DNA of 64,000 nt, from the IMG/VR virus record IMGVR_UViG_3300030380_006185, positions 92,274 to 156,273 of that record; one strand, written 5' to 3'. The notes under the pieces are model-generated. The model was not told the origin of the DNA. It made no database searches and saw only the letters and a list, made by a program, of their open reading frames with translations. Below are positions 27,826 to 37,635 of this stretch, one piece after another. The first letter of the stretch is position 1. Each line of letters opens with the position of its first letter. The position numbers and the translations under genes were made by a program. This stretch comes from a virus.

Positions 27826-29535
27826 TTAACCGTCACAACTTACACAATCTGCAATTCTTGATCCTAAATCTCCTTTAATTACTGAGTCTGTTCTTAGGTA
27901 ATAAAGGGTTTTTATTCCTAATTTCCATGCTTCTATATGAACTTGATTTATCCATCTAGGTGAGTCAGTTGGTGAAAAACATAAATTAAGAGATTGAGTT
28001 TGATCTATATATTTTTGTCTAATAGCAGCTTGCTGAACTAAACCTAATTGATTAATTTCTGCAAAAGTTAAAAATACTTCTTTATCATCTTCATTTAATA
28101 CTTCACTTGGTAAATTTTGAACAGACCCATCATCTGCTAAAATTTGATCCCATACTTTATCTATATCATGACCTTTTTCTCTTAGAAGATTTTGTAAATC
28201 TGGATTTTTAACAATAAATGTGCCTTTAGCACCATTAAATGTGTACATATTAGCAGGATAAGGCTCAATACCAGCTGAGCAGTTGCTAATTCTAGAATTG
28301 GAGACAGTAGGGGCAATAGCTAAAACATGAGTATTTCTCATTCCAGTACCTTTACACCATAAAGGTTCACCGTATTCTTGGGCTAATTGTCTACTTGCTG
28401 CTTCTGCTTTAAGTTTTATATTACTAAAAATGGTGTGTGTCCAAGCTGTAGAAGCAATTGAATTAAAAGGTAAATTTTTCTTTTGTAAAAAGGTATGCCA
28501 ACCCATTACTCCTAAACCTAATGCTCTGCCTTTTGAAGCATGTCTATGTGTACGCTTCATAGATTCTTGTCCACTAGTTTTATCTATAAATTCTTGCATT
28601 ACACCATCTAAAAAGTAAACAGCAGTTTCAACTACATCAGTATCTTTCCATTCATCGTATTTAGCTAAATTTAATGAAGATAAACAACATATAAATGAAT
28701 GCTCTTCGTCTGTGTGTAGTGTTATTTCAGAACAAATATTAGTCATAGACACGTTTAAATTATTCATTAAATATGCCATAGGATTATCTTTATTAATGTT
28801 ATCTTCAAACATTATATAAGGTTCACCTGTTTCAACCCGTGACTTTAAAATTTCTAACCATAAATCCATTGCTTCTTGATCTCGATCATTTAATTTTCTC
28901 ATAAAGGTATCATCAACAACTACACATTGGTGTAAATTTAAACACTGTCTATTTGGGTCACCTTTAGGTCTACGAATTTGTAAAAATTCTTTAATATCTG
29001 GGTGGTTAATATTTAGATTAACAGATGCTGCTCCTCTTCTTACTGATCCTTGGTTGGTTGCTATAATGGTTGAATCATAAATTTTAGCCCAAGGTACTAC
29101 ACCTTCACTTTTACCATTTCCTCTAATTGAAGCACCTCTTCCTCTAATTTTAGATAAAGAAATACCAACACCCCCACCATAAGAAGTTAATCTCATTAGT
29201 TCAGCATTTGTTAAACCAATACCTCTAACTGAGTCAGGAGTATCAATTCCAAAACATGAGATAGGTAAACCTCTATCTGTTCCAGTATTTGATAAGACAG
29301 GGGAAGCTAAACCAATCCACCCATTCCAAATATATTTAAAAAACTTTCCTGCTAAATCAGGTCGTTCTAATCTATCAGCAACTGCATTAGCTACTCTTCT
29401 ATATGCTTTTTTAGGTGTTTCACCTGGGAGGAGATATCCCTTTGAGATTGTAGACAAAGCTACTTCATCTAAAAATTCAGGGTAATCTTTACCTTTTTCC
29501 CATTGTGTATAATCTGCAATTAAATTGTTATCCAT
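27826..29535 (-). CDS. nrdA: Class I ribonucleotide reductase alpha subunit, no ATP cone
   Basis: LPISCF, GGGVG, TNICSEI, IAPTVS, DQTQSLN, KTLYYLR, C-terminal CVSC. Confidence 0.95.
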   Translation of the reverse strand: MDNNLIADYTQWEKGKDYPEFLDEVALSTISKGYLLPGETPKKAYRRVANAVADRLERPDLAGKFFKYIWNGWIGLASPVLSNTGTDRGLPISCFGIDTPDSVRGIGLTNAELMRLTSYGGGVGISLSKIRGRGASIRGNGKSEGVVPWAKIYDSTIIATNQGSVRRGAASVNLNINHPDIKEFLQIRRPKGDPNRQCLNLHQCVVVDDTFMRKLNDRDQEAMDLWLEILKSRVETGEPYIMFEDNINKDNPMAYLMNNLNVSMTNICSEITLHTDEEHSFICCLSSLNLAKYDEWKDTDVVETAVYFLDGVMQEFIDKTSGQESMKRTHRHASKGRALGLGVMGWHTFLQKKNLPFNSIASTAWTHTIFSNIKLKAEAASRQLAQEYGEPLWCKGTGMRNTHVLAIAPTVSNSRISNCSAGIEPYPANMYTFNGAKGTFIVKNPDLQNLLREKGHDIDKVWDQILADDGSVQNLPSEVLNEDDKEVFLTFAEINQLGLVQQAAIRQKYIDQTQSLNLCFSPTDSPRWINQVHIEAWKLGIKTLYYLRTDSVIKGDLGSRIADCVSCDG

Positions 29536-29540
29536 AACTT

Positions 29541-30530
29541 TTAAAATATTGAAGTGGAATCCCACTCTAAGTGTCCTTTACTATAATTTGTTACTCTATT
29601 AGCAAAAAAGTCTGTATGTTGCTTTCCAGCACTTAATGAATCAAACCATTTCATGTTTTTAACTGAAGTCATATCAACATCTAATATAATGGGTCTATAT
29701 CCTAAGTCTGATAGTTTTGTATTGACTCTATTTTTAATAAAATTTTGTAGGTCATATTTTGAACATCCTTCAAGATCACCTAATTCATAAACTTTATCTA
29801 TAAAATCTAATTCAAGTTGAAGAGAAAGTAATGCAGCTTCATTAATTGATGCTTCTAATTCAGGTGTTTTTAAATGTGGGTTTTCTTCTAATAATGTTCT
29901 AAATAACCAACACCCTGCTTCTGAGTGCATTGATTCATCTCTAATACTCCATTCAACAATTTGTCCTACACCTTTTAATTTGTTTCTCATTTTAAATGAA
30001 AGTAAAACAGCAAATGAAGAAAATAAATTTACACCTTCTGTAAATGCAGAAAATACAGCTAACGATTTAGCTCTTTCATGCCAATCTACTTCTCCATTAA
30101 ATGAATCTCTAACATCCATTAATGTTTCTATTTTAGCCATTGTGGTTTCATCTTCTAAAAATTCACTAAAATCATCTAATCCTAATTCTTCATTCAATAA
30201 AGAATAAGCTTCAGCGTGAATAGTTTCCATAGCACCAAAAGTTGTGGCCATTGCTATAATTTCAGGTTTTCTAAACCATTTTGTAACTAATCCTGTCCAA
30301 TAATCATTTACAACGGTTTCAGTTTGTGCAAACCCTTTTAAAATTGAACCTATTATATTTTTTTCAGTTTCTGTAAGATTTTGTTTCCAGTCATTTACAT
30401 CTGACATCATAGGTACTTCTGTGTGTATCCAATGAGCTTGTTGTTGTTTTAGCCAATAGTCAAAGGCTTGGGGGTATTCAAAAGGTTTATAGACTATTCT
30501 TTCTTGTAGTAAGTTTGTTTTTTTAGACAT
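29541..30530 (-). CDS. nrdB: Ribonucleotide reductase beta subunit
   Basis: ETIHAEAY, EGVNLFSSF, RDESMH, DFFANRVTNY. Confidence 0.95.
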   Translation of the reverse strand: MSKKTNLLQERIVYKPFEYPQAFDYWLKQQQAHWIHTEVPMMSDVNDWKQNLTETEKNIIGSILKGFAQTETVVNDYWTGLVTKWFRKPEIIAMATTFGAMETIHAEAYSLLNEELGLDDFSEFLEDETTMAKIETLMDVRDSFNGEVDWHERAKSLAVFSAFTEGVNLFSSFAVLLSFKMRNKLKGVGQIVEWSIRDESMHSEAGCWLFRTLLEENPHLKTPELEASINEAALLSLQLELDFIDKVYELGDLEGCSKYDLQNFIKNRVNTKLSDLGYRPIILDVDMTSVKNMKWFDSLSAGKQHTDFFANRVTNYSKGHLEWDSTSIF

Positions 30531-30551
30531 TTTTTTAATAAAATTTTTAGG

Positions 30552-31913
30552 TTATGAATTTAATTCAAAGAACTTTCTTTTTAACATTTGACGATCTAAA
30601 TTGTCAAAATTATCATGACTTGAAGAATTTGGTAATACAACGGTATCAGCTTCATCATCATAGACATCTCCAATCTCTATTTTTCCAATAGTTGTGTCTA
30701 CATTTACTTGATAGGTAAGGCCATCCATCCCATATCGGTTTTTCATAATGTGAAATCTTCCTGTTCCGTTAACTTTATCTTCTTTTTTCCGTGATAGAGA
30801 GATTGACAGATCTGTTATCATCATTTTATCGTAGCTACCAGCTGCTTTGTCACCTTCTATGACATTATCTTTAGCGCCTGCTCTATTTACTTGGGAAACC
30901 GACCATATCGGTATATTTAGTTGTCTTGCCAATCCCTTTGTACTAGTATAAATATCATCAATTTCACCTTTACGATCAACTGTTTTCTTTTTTGTTGAAA
31001 GTAAATCAATATAATCAATAAGAATTAGATCAGGTTTGATTCCTAAATCAGTAACTTTTTTAATATGCGCTTCTATTGTAGACATAGTAGTTTTACCCAT
31101 AGGATATTCTTTAATTATTAATTCGCCTGGGAGTTCGGGTACTGTTTCTTCTACTTTAGTTTTATGTTTTTCTAATGTATCTACAGGTACACTAGTAAAG
31201 AAAGCATCATATCGTCTACCTGTATAAGATTCACTTAATTCTAGTGTATAATGGATTACATTATATCCCATTTTAACAGCAAACCCACCCAAAGCAACTA
31301 ATGTCCAAGATTTACCACCACCTGGGTTACCAAATATTAATCCTAAGTCACCATTACCTAAACCACCTTGTATTAATTGGTTTATAGGTTCCCAAGGAGT
31401 TGGGACAATTGTTCTATGATCTTCTCTATATCTAGACTCTACATCTTTTCTATATTCATGTCCTATATTTTTATCTTGACCAGCTTTCATAGCTGCTTCA
31501 ATCATAAATTTTATAGAATCATAATCCCCTGCTTTAAGTAAATCAACACTATTTAATAATGCTTTTTTAAGTTGTTGGTTTTTACAAAATGCAGAGAATT
31601 CTTCTTGAACATAAGCTAAATCATCAATATCTGCTTTATATGCTTCACGAAGTTGTTCTCTAATTGAAACTTGAAGTACTTCATTCTCTACTTTTTTCAT
31701 TTCAACTTTTAAAATATCCATTGAAATAGTAGTATGATATTTTTCATAATAATCTAATATTTCATTTATAACCCATTTATGTGCTGGGTTGGTGAAATAT
31801 TCACTATCTAAAACATCATTTATATTTTGTAAAAAATTCTTATGTGTTAACAGGGAAGAAATTACTTTCATTTGAAAGACTGGTCCATATTCGTCAATTG
31901 ATTTTAACGTCAT
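30552..31913 (-). CDS. DnaB-like replicative helicase
   Basis: GNPGGGKS, TLEL, IDYIDL, SQVNR, KNRYG. Confidence 0.92.
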   Translation of the reverse strand: MTLKSIDEYGPVFQMKVISSLLTHKNFLQNINDVLDSEYFTNPAHKWVINEILDYYEKYHTTISMDILKVEMKKVENEVLQVSIREQLREAYKADIDDLAYVQEEFSAFCKNQQLKKALLNSVDLLKAGDYDSIKFMIEAAMKAGQDKNIGHEYRKDVESRYREDHRTIVPTPWEPINQLIQGGLGNGDLGLIFGNPGGGKSWTLVALGGFAVKMGYNVIHYTLELSESYTGRRYDAFFTSVPVDTLEKHKTKVEETVPELPGELIIKEYPMGKTTMSTIEAHIKKVTDLGIKPDLILIDYIDLLSTKKKTVDRKGEIDDIYTSTKGLARQLNIPIWSVSQVNRAGAKDNVIEGDKAAGSYDKMMITDLSISLSRKKEDKVNGTGRFHIMKNRYGMDGLTYQVNVDTTIGKIEIGDVYDDEADTVVLPNSSSHDNFDNLDRQMLKRKFFELNS

Positions 31914-31946
31914 TTTTTATAACTTTTATTTAAATGTAACAATAAT

Positions 31947-32975
31947 TTATTTGTCTTCCAACAAATTTTCAAAAACTTCTTTAATCCATATATCAACATT
32001 TCTTATTAAACCTCCAAGTTGGTCTTGTTGATACATTTCTACAAATTGTGAAGGTAAATAGTTTAAAGGTTCATTTTCTACAAACTTATCTATAAACATT
32101 TTATCCTTATCATCCATCATAGGATTTGACAGATCCATAACCTTATATTTATTTTCTAATAATTCTATATCGTGTAAAACACGAGCATATATTACATGAT
32201 CTTTTAATTTTTCTTCACATAAATCTAATAGATCATCAAAAGACATATTTTTTTCTGTAAGTTCAGGAAATAATTTATATAATTTTTTAAGTCCTAATCC
32301 TTTAATACCTGGTATTCCATCAGAGTTATCTCCCATTAATAATTTATATAGTAAAAAATTGTGAGGTGTAACTTTAAATTTATCCTTTACAGTTTGACTT
32401 ACATAAAACTCTTTTTCAATTGGTCTATAAACAACAGTGTTTTCATCAACTAATTGAAGATAATCTTTATCACTAGATACTATAAAAGCCCTATCATCAG
32501 GTTTAGTAGGTAATGTTTGAGCTAAATAAGCTATAATATCATCTGCTTCTACTTTATCAATTGATATAGTTTTTACTGGAAGGGTTTTTAGGTACTGAAT
32601 TATTCTGGTGATTTGGTCAACTTTAGCTTGGTCTTCTTCTTCTATGTTATCAAATATATCCCAATTAGTAATTCTATTTACATTCCTATTAGATTTATAT
32701 TCAGGGATAATGTTTTTTCTATTATTAGAAGACCCAACCCCATCAAACACAACATATACTTGAGTTGGTTGGATATGTTTAATCAAAAAACCAAGTGATC
32801 GAAAAAATCCCCCTAAACCTCCAATATGTGCCCCATCGGGGTTGACAGCTCTTATAACACTAAAATTTCTGAAAAACAAATTTAAGCCGTCGATGAGCAT
32901 ATATCGTTCGGTTGTTGGCAATTCTTGTCCGTTTTCTTGAATATTATCAAGGAGGTTTAGAAGGTCTTTTTTCAT
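31947..32975 (-). CDS. 5'-3' exonuclease / flap endonuclease (T4 RNase H-like)
   Basis: IDG.N, VFDG, YKSNR, EADDII, SSDKD, GDNSDGIPG; start moved to MKKDLL. Confidence 0.92.
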   Translation of the reverse strand: MKKDLLNLLDNIQENGQELPTTERYMLIDGLNLFFRNFSVIRAVNPDGAHIGGLGGFFRSLGFLIKHIQPTQVYVVFDGVGSSNNRKNIIPEYKSNRNVNRITNWDIFDNIEEEDQAKVDQITRIIQYLKTLPVKTISIDKVEADDIIAYLAQTLPTKPDDRAFIVSSDKDYLQLVDENTVVYRPIEKEFYVSQTVKDKFKVTPHNFLLYKLLMGDNSDGIPGIKGLGLKKLYKLFPELTEKNMSFDDLLDLCEEKLKDHVIYARVLHDIELLENKYKVMDLSNPMMDDKDKMFIDKFVENEPLNYLPSQFVEMYQQDQLGGLIRNVDIWIKEVFENLLEDK

Positions 32976-32982
32976 ATAACTT

Positions 32983-34059
32983 TTATTCTGGTTCAGTAAC
33001 AAAGGCTTCAACTTGTGAAGTATCGGAATTTTCTTCAATTATATTAAAGTCTCCTCCACCTAACACACGTCTCCACTCTTCTACTTGTGATTCTTTGTAT
33101 TTCTTTAAATCTTTATCTGTGTCTGTAATAAATCCATGAGGGGTCATAATAATTCTTCCTCTAGATTGTATACCATTAATGTGATTTTTATCAATCTGTA
33201 AATTGGTTCGTTTAGCAAATTCTACTTGTTTACCATCTTTGATAGCTTTTAGCTTGGATGTTCCAGAATCTGCAATATTTCCAAATGTTACTACAAATGT
33301 AGCATCAAACCACATTGCAAAACCACCTTTATTCATTAATTTAGGTTGTCCCATAGGTACAACAGGTTTAGCTGCCCAAACTTTATTAACACAAACTAAA
33401 GTATTCGTGTATTTTGAGCTTTCTTTACGTGATAATGTAATACGCTGGTTAACATTATTTCCGAATTGAGTTGACATAGCACCTGCATTCCATTCATTGT
33501 TGTTTTTGTTTGATTTAACAGACATTTCACAAGGTACAGAACCAATTGAATCCCATAAAAATAAGAGATCATATGGTAAATTACCTTTCTTTTGTTCATC
33601 CATTAAATCTAAAATAAATGCAGCAACATCTTCAATTGTGTTAATAGATTCTCTATCAACATAAATAAATTGACCTTCATAATCAATTAATTCACCTGTA
33701 TTTTCATCTAATATTTCATTAACTTCAAAGCCCATCATCTTAGCATGCTCCCAAGACCACTTCATTTCAGTTACAATAAAAACAGGTAATATACCACGTT
33801 TTTGGGCAGCAACTGCTGCCTCAAGTAACGCGGTAGTTTTTCCTGTGTCTGAATGTCCTCTAAGTAAAACAATATGACCTAAAGGTATTCCTGGTACTGA
33901 TGTAACTTCTTGAAATGCCGGTGAAAGTGGGATCCAATCTTGTGCTTTAAATTTAACATTAGATGCTAAACCTTTTTTGTTTTTAAAACTATTTAAATTA
34001 AAACTAGATTTCAATTCCTTATCTACTGCTTCTGACAGTGATTTTCTTTTTCTTGGCAT
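32983..34059 (-). CDS. RecA/UvsX-like recombinase
   Basis: GIPLG, GHSDTGKT, LWDSIG. Confidence 0.85.
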   Translation of the reverse strand: MPRKRKSLSEAVDKELKSSFNLNSFKNKKGLASNVKFKAQDWIPLSPAFQEVTSVPGIPLGHIVLLRGHSDTGKTTALLEAAVAAQKRGILPVFIVTEMKWSWEHAKMMGFEVNEILDENTGELIDYEGQFIYVDRESINTIEDVAAFILDLMDEQKKGNLPYDLLFLWDSIGSVPCEMSVKSNKNNNEWNAGAMSTQFGNNVNQRITLSRKESSKYTNTLVCVNKVWAAKPVVPMGQPKLMNKGGFAMWFDATFVVTFGNIADSGTSKLKAIKDGKQVEFAKRTNLQIDKNHINGIQSRGRIIMTPHGFITDTDKDLKKYKESQVEEWRRVLGGGDFNIIEENSDTSQVEAFVTEPE

Positions 34060-34069
34060 ATAAATTTAT

Positions 34070-34897
34070 TTAAAAGGGTAAACCGTCTTCTTCGTCAAAC
34101 ATCTCACTGAATTTATCAGCTTTAGTTTCTTTCTTTTTAGTAGAGAGGCTATAATTTGATTCAACTTTTTCATCATCAAAACCACTTGCAGGTTCAGAAG
34201 AAATTTCTCCTTCTTCATCTGTTGGGTCTAACCATTCTTGTAAAGCACCTTTAAGAGTGTCAAAAGGGAGTGGACGATAAGTTTCTTTAGGGTTTTGTTG
34301 GTCATCTAACCATGTTTCAACTTGCGCCTTATCTTTTGATAGTGGGGTTTGCTTCATTGAAGGGGAGATAGTTGTTTTGTTGTACTGAGTACCATTAGTA
34401 TCAGGTCCAGTAGTAACTAATTTAATGTCTCTACCATTTACAATATCTGTGAAATCACCTACTTCTTCATCAGCAGCTAAATTCAAAAATGCTTCATATA
34501 CTTGTTTACCAAATTCCCACATTTGAACACCTTCTGATTCCTGTCCTCTAACAACTACAGGTACAAAAGTACGGGTTTTTGGATCTAACTTTTTAGCTAG
34601 AGACCAATTCTCTTTATCATTAGTACCTCTAAGTTGCTTTGCAAACTCAGCAATTGGATCTTTTTCATCCCAATTTAGTGGAGAAGCTAGCATTCTAAAT
34701 TTACCAATATTATAATAAAATTGCATTTCAGTAAAAGGATATTCTTTATTGTATTTAAATGGTACAACTCTTACTGTTTGTTTACCTATTGAAGGTTTGA
34801 ATTTTTTTAACTGAGGGTAATCAGATTTGTTACTTCCATTGTTATTGGAAGATTTTTGGAATGTGTCAAGTTTTTTCTTGATTGCATCTAGATTCAT
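34070..34897 (-). CDS. Single-stranded DNA-binding protein (gp32-like)
   Basis: VRVVP, DPIAEF, GRDI, acidic tail ending DGLPF. Confidence 0.8.
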   Translation of the reverse strand: MNLDAIKKKLDTFQKSSNNNGSNKSDYPQLKKFKPSIGKQTVRVVPFKYNKEYPFTEMQFYYNIGKFRMLASPLNWDEKDPIAEFAKQLRGTNDKENWSLAKKLDPKTRTFVPVVVRGQESEGVQMWEFGKQVYEAFLNLAADEEVGDFTDIVNGRDIKLVTTGPDTNGTQYNKTTISPSMKQTPLSKDKAQVETWLDDQQNPKETYRPLPFDTLKGALQEWLDPTDEEGEISSEPASGFDDEKVESNYSLSTKKKETKADKFSEMFDEEDGLPF

Positions 34898-34957
34898 AAT
34901 AATAACTAATTTAAAAATTTATAACTGTAATATAATAACTAATTTTTAAACAACCAA

Positions 34958-35419
34958 CTATAATTCAATAATCTTATGAATTTTTGTATTCAATTGTTTA
35001 ATTTCGTTGTGTTGGGTGAGAAGGATACAATTTCTGTAGTGTTGCCAATTAATTGGGAACTTAGTATCTACTACTCCACCATTTAACTTTTTTATAAGCT
35101 CGTTTAGAGCATTTATCGTATATAAGGTATTCGATTCTTTTTTTCTATGAACAAGGATTGTATTTTCAGGTATATCATTTATATTACCTTGATCTACATT
35201 ATATGTTACAACGTATTCATTGTTACTTTTAACCTGTAATGCAAACATTTTGTTGTACATTATAACATACTGGCTAGATAGAGATTCAACTAGATTATCC
35301 AGCTCATCTAAAGTAGTAAAAGTACAAAATAATCTATTATTCATTGACGTAAGGTCTATAGAACTATTAAAGTCATATATGTTATACGTATTGGGGGAAG
35401 TTTCTAAGGTGTTAAGCAT
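34958..35419 (-). CDS. Hypothetical protein
   Basis: ORF track; start uncertain. Confidence 0.6.
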   Translation of the reverse strand: MLNTLETSPNTYNIYDFNSSIDLTSMNNRLFCTFTTLDELDNLVESLSSQYVIMYNKMFALQVKSNNEYVVTYNVDQGNINDIPENTILVHRKKESNTLYTINALNELIKKLNGGVVDTKFPINWQHYRNCILLTQHNEIKQLNTKIHKIIEL

Positions 35420-36689
35420 AACTTGTTGGTGCAAAACTATAATCTTTGCCTGTTTTTGTTTTAATTTGTAAATTTCTTTGTTTAAATATTTCTTTAATTT
35501 GTTCTAAAACCTCTGTTTCTGTTTCATCATAATCTAATAAAAATGAATCATAAACATACAATACGAGTTTAGTCTTTTTCCCTCGTAAAAGTTTAAAAAT
35601 ATCCCATATTATAAGAACATTAGTTGAGGTTTCCAAGTTTTGTAGTAAATAATTTAAAAGTTTTTGTGGATTCATATTATCCAATTTATCCTTTTCAAAT
35701 CTATACTTAGATATTGGACACTCAATGTATCCTTTTGCTTGAAACTCTTCCCATAATTCATTCGTATATACTTTTACTTTCTTAAAATACGGAAGATGTT
35801 CATACTTTTCCCAAATCCCTCCGTAGATTTGTTTAAACGTAATTTCTTTGGCTTTATTGTAGTTAACTCCGTACATTTCAGCAAAAGACTCATGAACATC
35901 CACAGTATGAAAGTTATAATCACAGAGACTAGCCAAAAGGGTAGGATGGTAAGCACTAATATCCATTTCAATAAACTGTTGATTACGTGGTCTAAAACAT
36001 TTTCTTTCTCCATTTTCTTTATTTAATGCCGAGTAGTTTACACCTCCATATCTATTAGAGGGTCTCATCGTTGTTGTGTTAAAATTATATTGTGTGTATA
36101 CATAACCATCATTGGTGCCTTTATCAAAATAGTGTTGATACAACGTGTTATCTACTTTGATTCCCGCTTGTTCTATCATATTAAACACAATTGCTGCTCT
36201 ATTGTTGTAGAAAGTATTGGGTTTTGTGAATGTAAAATTTCTATAATTTTCTTCACATACCTCATAGTGTTTAACTATTGGTATTAACGGATTAGTATGC
36301 ACACGCCCACCACTATTTTGGTTAATGTGGTTGTGAGCAGGTGTTAATTCTGGTATATACGTAGTAAGGGATGGGGTTGGTTGTAGTAAGCTGCTGAATG
36401 GGATTTCTTTTATGTAGTGTAGAAATTCTTTTTTATCCCTTATGTGTATGTTTTCTATGCTGTTTAATACTTTTATTCCTTCCCCTATGTCAAAGTTTAT
36501 TGTTTCACTATGATTTATTGGGATAATATATCCTTTTGTATCGGTTGTTGGTCTAATGTAAATAGCACATATATTGTTTTCTACAGGGTGTAGAAATGGT
36601 GATGTTGGGATTATCTCAACATACGCTTCTTTGTGTTTGATTTGACAAAGGTGGTCTATCTTAGTTTGATTTTCTATAAGCCAATACAT
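35412..36689 (-). CDS. Compact family A DNA polymerase-like protein
   Basis: TTMRPS, MDISAYHP (motif A), AKEITFKQIYG (B), NYLLQ, YVYDSF (C). Confidence 0.75.
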   Translation of the reverse strand: MYWLIENQTKIDHLCQIKHKEAYVEIIPTSPFLHPVENNICAIYIRPTTDTKGYIIPINHSETINFDIGEGIKVLNSIENIHIRDKKEFLHYIKEIPFSSLLQPTPSLTTYIPELTPAHNHINQNSGGRVHTNPLIPIVKHYEVCEENYRNFTFTKPNTFYNNRAAIVFNMIEQAGIKVDNTLYQHYFDKGTNDGYVYTQYNFNTTTMRPSNRYGGVNYSALNKENGERKCFRPRNQQFIEMDISAYHPTLLASLCDYNFHTVDVHESFAEMYGVNYNKAKEITFKQIYGGIWEKYEHLPYFKKVKVYTNELWEEFQAKGYIECPISKYRFEKDKLDNMNPQKLLNYLLQNLETSTNVLIIWDIFKLLRGKKTKLVLYVYDSFLLDYDETETEVLEQIKEIFKQRNLQIKTKTGKDYSFAPTSYA

Positions 36690-36729
36690 AAGATTAAGAT
36701 ACTAAAAAATACTTAGATAAACAAATATT

Positions 36730-37623
36730 TTAGTATCCTCCCCCACTAGAATATCCTCCTCCTAAATTAATTGAAGGGGGTGATGGTGGTTGAGAGGAAG
36801 AAACTTGAGTAGACATAATAGGGTTAATTGGGGTTAACAAATTATGTTTTTTCTTAGTGTGAATAGCACCTACCATAGCTCCCTTTTCAGGATGGATATG
36901 ATATGAACCAATATATTCTTTTCCATCGGGAGTTTTAAATTCTCCTCCATTTGTGTATAGGTTTTCTTGAGTAGAGGGTTGTTGGTAAAATTGAGAAAAA
37001 CTATTTTTAAAATATTGAGAAAAACCAAACCATTTTTTCTTTTTTTCAATAGATTCAGATAATTTCTTATTTAATGTAAATACTTGTTCTTTTTCTCCTT
37101 TTAGATACCACATTAGTTCTGTAGTAGAATATAAATCAAAAGCTATAGAAGAATTTTTAGATTTAAGTAAATTACAAGTTTCTTTATTTATTTCAAAATA
37201 TTTTAATTCATTATTTTTTTTACAAAAATATCTTTTAAAAACCCCTAATTCATAATCTTTTTCAGTTGGTAAAGTAAAAGATTTTGAAGGTGACTTTCTT
37301 TGGATAAAGTTATTATCTTTATCAAAATAATTTTTATTTAAAGTTGCTCTATAGAAATTTTTATCTTGTTCAGCTACAAGAGGAGAAATACCTTCAGATT
37401 CAAAAGGATCACTAGGAGTGTTATAATTTGAAAAAGGGGAATCAATAGGGGTGGGAACCAATTTTAGATTAGGGCCATCTGATGGGGTTTTTCCTGTAAA
37501 AGTTTCTCCATTAGAAAGTTTATAGTAATCTCCTTTATATGGTTCTCCACTGGAAGCAAGTATTAGTTCTTTTCCAGTGGTTTTTTGGTTGGGTAGTATT
37601 TGGGATTTTGGGTAATATGGCAT
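36730..37623 (-). CDS. Hypothetical virion/baseplate-region protein
   Basis: Position in tail operon; His-rich YHIH...H...H module. Confidence 0.5.
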   Translation of the reverse strand: MPYYPKSQILPNQKTTGKELILASSGEPYKGDYYKLSNGETFTGKTPSDGPNLKLVPTPIDSPFSNYNTPSDPFESEGISPLVAEQDKNFYRATLNKNYFDKDNNFIQRKSPSKSFTLPTEKDYELGVFKRYFCKKNNELKYFEINKETCNLLKSKNSSIAFDLYSTTELMWYLKGEKEQVFTLNKKLSESIEKKKKWFGFSQYFKNSFSQFYQQPSTQENLYTNGGEFKTPDGKEYIGSYHIHPEKGAMVGAIHTKKKHNLLTPINPIMSTQVSSSQPPSPPSINLGGGYSSGGGY

Positions 37624-37635
37624 ATTTTTTTAATT

